This document shows, one piece after another, positions 58,113 to 64,000 of a stretch of DNA of 64,000 nucleotides. Each line of letters starts with the position of its first letter. Position 1 is the stretch's first letter. The notes beneath the pieces were generated by a model, which ran no database searches, was not told where the DNA came from, and was given only the letters and a program-made list of their open reading frames with translations. The position numbers and the translations under genes were made by a program. Origin of the DNA: an uncultured Spirochaetia bacterium (GTDB lineage Bacteria > Desulfobacterota_D > UBA1144 > Nemesobacterales > CSP1-2); contig CAYMEO010000001.1 of NCBI GenBank assembly GCA_964389705.1, positions 2,591 to 66,590 on the forward strand, in the 5' to 3' direction.

Positions 58113-59435
58113 ATGCTCTCTTCCGGTGAGACGGTTGTTGTTGGGGTTTCGGGGGGAGCAGACTCTCTGGGGCTGCTCTACATCCTTGCCGAGATCGAGG
58201 AATATAATCTCAAGCTCATCGTTTCTCACATAAATCATGGAATAAGGCCTGAAGAGGGAAAAAGGGATGCCAGATTTGTGGGAGAGGTTGCAAGACGACT
58301 CAGTCTTCCATTTGAAATCAGAGAGGCAAATGCGCCTGAGTTTAAAAGGATTTCGAATCTCTCACTCGAAGAGGCCGCAAGAATCCTCAGATATGGGTTC
58401 TTTAAAGAGGTTCTATCTAAGTATAGGGCGCAAAAGATTGCAACTGCCCACACCCTCGATGACCAGGCTGAGACCGTTCTTATGAGGATCATAAGGGGAA
58501 GCGGTGCATCGGGGCTCTCAGGGATTCCTCCTGTATCCGAAGGCTATATAATAAGGCCCTTGATTGAAACGCCTAGATCTGAGATCGAAGATTACCTAAG
58601 GGCAAAGGGGATTAAATGGGTTGAAGACTCGACAAACACAGCAACGGATTTTCTTAGGAATAGAATAAGACACGAGCTTATTCCTAGGCTTCAAGAATAC
58701 AACCCAAGGGTTAAAGAGGCGCTCTCTAGAACGGCGGATATACTCAGGGCTCAAGAGGGTTTTATAAGGAGTCGGGCAAAGAATTGGTTTGAATATGTGT
58801 TTGGGTCTACAGAGGGCGAAATGGTTGGCAGTATATCTCATTATAGGCTTATTCCAGAGGCGCTGAGGTCTGAGTTTTTGAGAATGGCGATAGAGAAAAT
58901 AAAGGGGAATTTAAGAGAGATCTCATTTGTCCATATAGATTCCGTAGATGGGCTTCTTCTCTCCGAGACCCCCTCAGGCGAGATCTCTCTTCCTGATGGA
59001 ATCGTAGTGGCAAAGGGTTATGACCTTTTTCTGATTACTCGAGGATCAGAGCTAAGGCGCGAATTCTCATACGCGATTTTATCCCCCGGTAAATGGGATT
59101 TTCCTGAATTTGAGTGTGAGATTGAGATCGTTGAGGCAGAATCTTTGGGTAATGATAGGTTTATCGGTGTGTTTGATGCAGATTCGGTTGAATTTCCGAT
59201 TATTGTAAGGAACTTCTGTCCGGGAGACAGGTTTATCCCCCTTGGGATGAAAACGCCCAAGAAGTTGAAGCGGTTTTTTATTGACGAAAAAATCCCTAAG
59301 TTCTTCAGGAATCGAATCCCTATATTCTCTAGCAGAGGCGAGATTATGTGGATTGGAGGGAGGAGGATAGATGAGAGATTTAAGTTGAAAGGAAAGAGGG
59401 CTGTAAAAATCAGATTAATCAGACCGAGGTGGTAG
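58113..59435 (+). CDS. tilS: tRNA(Ile)-lysidine synthetase
   Basis: Start chosen at MLSSGETVVVGVSGGADS, 58113, one nt after the DUF502 stop (the track ORF starts at 58053). PP-loop SGGADS. C-terminal TilS domain. Confidence 0.9.
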   Translation: MLSSGETVVVGVSGGADSLGLLYILAEIEEYNLKLIVSHINHGIRPEEGKRDARFVGEVARRLSLPFEIREANAPEFKRISNLSLEEAARILRYGFFKEVLSKYRAQKIATAHTLDDQAETVLMRIIRGSGASGLSGIPPVSEGYIIRPLIETPRSEIEDYLRAKGIKWVEDSTNTATDFLRNRIRHELIPRLQEYNPRVKEALSRTADILRAQEGFIRSRAKNWFEYVFGSTEGEMVGSISHYRLIPEALRSEFLRMAIEKIKGNLREISFVHIDSVDGLLLSETPSGEISLPDGIVVAKGYDLFLITRGSELRREFSYAILSPGKWDFPEFECEIEIVEAESLGNDRFIGVFDADSVEFPIIVRNFCPGDRFIPLGMKTPKKLKRFFIDEKIPKFFRNRIPIFSSRGEIMWIGGRRIDERFKLKGKRAVKIRLIRPRW

Positions 59436-60174
59436 AGAATAATGGTGGAAGAATCTCAAGCCCCGGCTTTCCCTCTTTTATGAACTCTACCATGACGAGT
59501 TCCGCTTTTTCATGTGGGTTTGGATATACAAACTGCGCCCTCTTTGGCTCAAGCTGTTTTCTCTTAGATCTTATAATGAGTTCTCCCAATCTCAGGACTG
59601 GATAGACACAGGCACTCCGCTTTAGGGGTTTGAGTAGATACCTCATCGCCTCCAAAACGTCATTCATATCACATAGAATCTCGTGTCTTGCCAGTGCCCT
59701 TTGGGATGCGGGGTTTATTAGTCCCGACCTCGTTTTTATATATGGAGGATTGGTTATAACATAATCAAAAGAGCCCGGGGGAAAAAGGGACTCGATCTTT
59801 CTTATGTCGCCCTCGACAATCTCGATTTTTTCTTCAAAGCCATTGAGTCTCACATTCCTTCTTGAGAGCTCTGCAAGCTCTCTTTGAATCTCGACCCCGA
59901 CGATCCTCTTTCCTAGTCCTCTTTTAGCCAGGATAAGAGCCATAACACCGGAGCCTGTTCCAAGGTCAATCACTTCGTCATTTCTCTTTATACAGGCGAA
60001 ATCTACAAGCTGTAGAGAGTCCTGAGAATACCGGTATCCGTGTTTTTTCTGTATGATCTTAAGCCCGTATGGGCCGTCTAGGGTTTCATCTTCTTTGGGT
60101 TCTGATTCTAAATCCATAAATAAATCGGCTGTCTTTCTATTAATCCTTGGTGGATTTAAGAAAAGGTTGTCCAC
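59419..60174 (-). CDS. tRNA (adenine37-N6)-methyltransferase-like small MTase (YfiC/TrmN6 family)
   Basis: 251 aa. GTGSGVMALILA (motif I). NPPY (motif IV) in FDYVITNPPYIK. Confidence 0.75.
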   Translation of the reverse strand: MDNLFLNPPRINRKTADLFMDLESEPKEDETLDGPYGLKIIQKKHGYRYSQDSLQLVDFACIKRNDEVIDLGTGSGVMALILAKRGLGKRIVGVEIQRELAELSRRNVRLNGFEEKIEIVEGDIRKIESLFPPGSFDYVITNPPYIKTRSGLINPASQRALARHEILCDMNDVLEAMRYLLKPLKRSACVYPVLRLGELIIRSKRKQLEPKRAQFVYPNPHEKAELVMVEFIKEGKPGLEILPPLFSTTSV

Positions 60175-60283
60175 ATTAGCCCTTATTATCTATCTATCGG
60201 GTCATGAGTCTCGCTCATGGCTGTTCTCATCAATATTATCCCATCTTAGGGAGCGGGTTATGTGTTGAGAACCTCTTTGGCTC

Positions 60284-62497
60284 TCACAGGTTTTTTGCGC
60301 TAAGCAACTCAATCATTTTATTTATGTCAGTAGTTGGAAGATTGCAGACGTAGTTGAGACAGACATAGGCAGTAGCTTTGCTGCCCAAGCTCGATTGATT
60401 CTTTGTGAACCCTGCAATTCGGGTTATATCCGGCGATTCCTTTTCGGTTGGGCGTAGGAGTACTACCTTATTGGGCACAAATTGTCTTCCTATGGCGTTT
60501 AACATGGCTTTTGTGTCCTCTGATTGAGAATTGCCGACAATGACCACTTCATAAGAGGGACCCAATGCGAAATCTAAGGCAACCATGAGTTGAGTGAATA
60601 CTCCAGGGAATTGCCTGACCATATTGGAGAATGCGTGTCCGATTTTCGATGCCTTTTCCTCAAGGTCGGGATTTGCCGTTATCCGTCCCAGTCGAAGAAG
60701 GTTTAACATCGCAACGGAGTTACCCGATGGAGTAGCGCCATCATATATCTCTTTTTGCCGAACGATCAGACTCTCACTATCATCTGCTGTAAAATAAAAT
60801 CCGCCGCCCTTATTATCCCAGAAGTGTTTTATCAGACTACTATTGAGATCAATGGCTGATTTAAGGTAATTGGCATCAAATGTAGATTCATAGAGTTCGA
60901 TAAGTCCCCAGATTAGAAAGGCATAGTCATCTAGATTCCCTTCAATATTTGCCTGACCGTCTCTGTATCGATGCAAAAGCCGTCCATCGGGCTTCCGCAT
61001 ATTTTTAAATATGAAATCCACAGCGCGCTGGGCGGCCTCGGCATATCTCGGCTCACCGAAGACCTGAGCCCCTTTTGCGAGAGCGGCAATCATAAGGCCG
61101 TTCCAATCTGTAAGGATCTTATCGTCCTTATGAGGATGAACGCGCCTTTCACGCATCTCAAAGAGTTTCTGCCTTGCCGTCTCGAGGCGAGACTCGAGCT
61201 CCGACTCAGATATTTTTAGCTGGGAGGCAATTTCAGGGAGTGATCTCCTTAGATATAGAATGTTCCTACCTGTCCCTTTGCCGGTTGCCTCTTCTCTGAA
61301 GTTGCCCCCCTTTTCGACATTGAAGACCCTGATAAATAAATCCGCCTCGTCTTTGCCCAATATCTGTCTGATTTCTCCCTCTGTCCAGAGATAGAATTTC
61401 CCCTCTTCCCCTTCGCTGTCTGCATCCTCAGCAGAGTAAAAACCCCCTTCCTGTGAGGTCATATCACGCAAAACATAGGTGAAGATCTCGCGCGCCGTTT
61501 TTTTATATTCCTCTTTCCCAGTTGCCTGATAGGCCTCTATGTATGCCATCGCGATCATAGCCTGGTCGTAGAGCATCTTCTCAAAATGTGGTAAAAACCA
61601 CTCCGCGTCTGTGGAATAGCGATGAAATCCGAATCCGATGTGGTCATATATGCCGCCCTGTCGCATTGCCTGAAGGGTTTTTTCTACCATATCTAAGGCT
61701 TCCTTATTATCGCTTCGCTTCCAATAGCGGAGCAGAAAGGATAAATTATGGGGGGTTGGAAACTTTGGGGCACCTCCAAAGCCGCCATGATATTTATCAA
61801 AACTATGGGCGAGCTGTTCGTATGCGGCCTTCAAAGTGGATTTATCTAGCTCACCGCCGTGCGATTCCTTCATCCTCTGCTGAAGCGCGGATGTAATTTG
61901 ATTGGCTGAGTCGAGTACCTCATTGTGCTGTTTTGTCCAGACCTCTTTAATCCTCGGCACAAGGGTTAGCATCCCTGCACGTCCAAAACGGTCTTCTTTC
62001 GGAATGTATGTGGCGGCAAAGAAAGGCTTTTTGTCCGGGGTCATAACGATATTAAGCGGCCAGCCGCATCCCCCTCTTGAGATCATCTGACATACCATCA
62101 TATATATGCCGTCAATATCGGGGCGCTCCTCTCGATCCACTTTAATTGAGACAAAGGCGTCGTTCATAAGTCTCGCAACCTCTTCGTCCTCAAACGACTC
62201 TTTTTCCATTACATGGCACCAATGGCAGGTTGAGTATCCAATAGATAGGAAAATCGGTTTATTCTCTTTCCGGGCCTTCTCAAAGGCCTCTTCTCCCCAC
62301 GGGTACCAGTCCACCGGATTGTATGCGTGCTGAAGCAGATAGGGACTCTTCTCATGTATTAGACGATTTGGTTTTTTCATAGTCTTTGGTTCAACTGTCT
62401 CAGACATCACTTTCTCACTTACTAAACAGGATAACATTAATATCGTGATAATCCTAGCGGAGGATGATAATAAATCTCTTCTTTTTGGTTTCACCAA
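60284..62497 (-). CDS. thioredoxin-domain protein of the YyaL/DUF255 family (thioredoxin-like plus six-hairpin glycosidase-like domains), secreted
   Basis: 737 aa. Signal peptide. [23 protein letters not shown]...[16 protein letters not shown], the hallmark DUF255 CxxC region. Confidence 0.85.
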   Translation of the reverse strand: MVKPKRRDLLSSSARIITILMLSCLVSEKVMSETVEPKTMKKPNRLIHEKSPYLLQHAYNPVDWYPWGEEAFEKARKENKPIFLSIGYSTCHWCHVMEKESFEDEEVARLMNDAFVSIKVDREERPDIDGIYMMVCQMISRGGCGWPLNIVMTPDKKPFFAATYIPKEDRFGRAGMLTLVPRIKEVWTKQHNEVLDSANQITSALQQRMKESHGGELDKSTLKAAYEQLAHSFDKYHGGFGGAPKFPTPHNLSFLLRYWKRSDNKEALDMVEKTLQAMRQGGIYDHIGFGFHRYSTDAEWFLPHFEKMLYDQAMIAMAYIEAYQATGKEEYKKTAREIFTYVLRDMTSQEGGFYSAEDADSEGEEGKFYLWTEGEIRQILGKDEADLFIRVFNVEKGGNFREEATGKGTGRNILYLRRSLPEIASQLKISESELESRLETARQKLFEMRERRVHPHKDDKILTDWNGLMIAALAKGAQVFGEPRYAEAAQRAVDFIFKNMRKPDGRLLHRYRDGQANIEGNLDDYAFLIWGLIELYESTFDANYLKSAIDLNSSLIKHFWDNKGGGFYFTADDSESLIVRQKEIYDGATPSGNSVAMLNLLRLGRITANPDLEEKASKIGHAFSNMVRQFPGVFTQLMVALDFALGPSYEVVIVGNSQSEDTKAMLNAIGRQFVPNKVVLLRPTEKESPDITRIAGFTKNQSSLGSKATAYVCLNYVCNLPTTDINKMIELLSAKNL

Positions 62498-62567
62498 TTA
62501 TCCCTTGTAATTTTTATATTTATAACGTTCGTAAGTACCCTATTGTCGTGAACTAAATCCCGTCTTT

Positions 62568-63839
62568 TCAATCAAGACCTTGAAGATAATGAATTGCCGC
62601 ATCTAATTGGGCGTCCTGAGCCATAGCCATTGGGGTTGACTGGTTGTTAATCTCCACATCCGGGGTTAAGCCAACTCCCTCGGGACTTCTCCCATTGGCA
62701 AAGTAATAAATGGCTATTGTCAGTTTAAATCCCCCTCCATTACTGAGTTGGGTTACGCTCTGTGCACTACCCTTTCCATAAGTCCTCTCACCAATGAGTC
62801 TAAAGCCCTCGAGTTGCAGTGCACCTGCCACAATCTCGCTTGCAGAGGCTGAGTTCTTATTTACGAGAACAACACCCCTCCAATCTGCATACTCACCGCG
62901 ACCGGTTGATATAAACTCCTTAAGACTATCTTTTCCCTCTTTAAGGTGTAGGCTGAGAAAGGGCTTATTCTTTTCCTTGATAAAAAGTCCTATCAACTTA
63001 GCAGCCTCTTTAACACTTCCTCCTAGGTTGTTGCGTAGATCAAGGATAATCCTATCTACTCCCCTTGCCCTAAATTCCTTTAGTATAGGGGAAATCCTGT
63101 CATCTACTAGGTTACCCTCAAAGGAGTATATTCGGAGATAGCCGATGTTGTTGTCATATGTCTTGTGATCAACGAGTCTTATGTCGATCTTAGAGCGTAT
63201 AAGAGTGACATTACCAAACTCTTGGCCCCCACGCCATATATTGAGTGTTACCTTTGTTCCAACAGGCCCACGTATACGGAGCGCGATCTGATCGCTTGAC
63301 TCTCCTACTACCGACCGCAGCGGCTTCCCGTATTCTCCGACTGCCCTAATTTCATCATCAATCCGTAGCGTGCCGTCTTTCTCTGCAGGGGAGCCTGGAA
63401 TAAAGGCCTTAATAATTGCCCCTTTTGAACTGGTAATCATACGTATACCGACTCCCCCATACATTCCGTCTATATTAACGAGAAAGAGTCTATATCCTTC
63501 TGGGGAGTAATACTCGGCTGACCTGTCCTGTGGAAAACACCGAGCAAGAATAAAATTCTCTTTCAACTTTCCCTGAAGTTCTTCTACAGGAATGTCCTTT
63601 TTGGCGTAGTTGGCAAAGCAATTTTCCAATTTCTCCTTGCTTTCGACATCTAGATTATAATATGACTCCTTCTCTATAATTCTAGTTATCTCATCATAGG
63701 GTCTTACGATAGAGGCTCCGGATACAGAAACACCTGGAAGTAAATCGGTGATTCTTACTTCTTTTTGAGGTGTGACACAACTATCCATTAGAAACGTAAA
63801 TACAATGACCCATATCATCACCATCTGTCTTACCTTCAT
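62568..63839 (-). CDS. carboxyl-terminal processing protease (S41 family, PDZ-containing)
   Basis: 423 aa. Signal peptide. PDZ region. S41 catalytic region VLVNKNSASASEIVAGALQ with Ser/Lys dyad context. Confidence 0.9.
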   Translation of the reverse strand: MKVRQMVMIWVIVFTFLMDSCVTPQKEVRITDLLPGVSVSGASIVRPYDEITRIIEKESYYNLDVESKEKLENCFANYAKKDIPVEELQGKLKENFILARCFPQDRSAEYYSPEGYRLFLVNIDGMYGGVGIRMITSSKGAIIKAFIPGSPAEKDGTLRIDDEIRAVGEYGKPLRSVVGESSDQIALRIRGPVGTKVTLNIWRGGQEFGNVTLIRSKIDIRLVDHKTYDNNIGYLRIYSFEGNLVDDRISPILKEFRARGVDRIILDLRNNLGGSVKEAAKLIGLFIKEKNKPFLSLHLKEGKDSLKEFISTGRGEYADWRGVVLVNKNSASASEIVAGALQLEGFRLIGERTYGKGSAQSVTQLSNGGGFKLTIAIYYFANGRSPEGVGLTPDVEINNQSTPMAMAQDAQLDAAIHYLQGLD

Positions 63840-64000
63840 TCTCTAAGGTCTCTTTTTAGTGGAAGAATATGATTCTATTTTATATAGGGACACTGCCCTA
63901 TTGCAAATATCCTTATGCCAATTTCCTATTGAGGTGTGCCATTAATATATAATAGCAACAAGCAAGATTCATTGCCTACCTAGTTTGTTTAGGTCAGATT

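Overview
This 64 kb window comes from a bacterial chromosome, probably an uncultivated anaerobe to judge from the gene content. It combines a long housekeeping backbone with one clearly accessory island at the 5' end.

The accessory island covers bases 1-6066. It holds an orphan Type I restriction-modification module: hsdM (3853-5610) and hsdS (1936-3231), with no hsdR anywhere in the window. A small GIY-YIG nuclease gene sits between hsdM and hsdS. Six palindromic REP/MITE-like repeats share the core GTCATYCTGAGC...GAAGRATC. A frameshifted REP-associated tyrosine transposase (RAYT, IS200-like) pseudogene lies directly 3' of hsdS. A 3' fragment of a second hsdS copy is also present. Four small antitoxin-like genes (UPF0175, HicB-like, DUF2283, an RHH-like protein) have no recognisable toxin partners.

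The backbone contains:
- gltX and a 3-hydroxyacyl-CoA dehydrogenase.
- The ffh-rpsP-KH-rimM-trmD-rplS operon, in which trmD carries an extra C-terminal SPOUT-like domain.
- A CDP-alcohol phosphatidyltransferase, two tandem SPOR-domain proteins, and argS.
- A YacL-like PIN/TRAM protein, ispD-ispF and comEC.
- A lone MlaF-like ABC ATPase, a superoxide dismutase, a PAS histidine kinase with a CheY-like regulator, a large metallophosphoesterase, a DUF4126 membrane protein and gdhA.
- A molybdenum and methionine-sulfoxide repair neighbourhood: a moaC-mogA fusion, a b-type cytochrome, a small sulfite-oxidase-family Mo-oxidoreductase lipoprotein, an msrA-msrB fusion and moaA.
- phoH and a hemD-hemE fusion.
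- A type IV pilus minor-pilin operon (pilV-pilW-pilX, a 1550 aa Cys-rich PilY1 with a vWA domain, and a pilE/fimT-like pilin).
- metG-holB-tmk, an acetoacetate-decarboxylase-like protein, rluB, a frameshifted vapC PIN remnant, pheT-ihfA, a DUF502 protein, tilS, a TrmN6-like methyltransferase, a YyaL-type thioredoxin-domain protein and an S41 C-terminal processing protease.

I could not identify any rRNA, tRNA or CRISPR array.

The most unusual observations are:
- The recombination-scarred, REP-rich restriction-modification island.
- A roughly 55 nt near-identical segment shared between the 5' coding end of the pilE-like gene and the 5' end of the cytochrome b gene.
- Several domain fusions: TrmD-SPOUT, HemD-HemE and MoaC-MogA.
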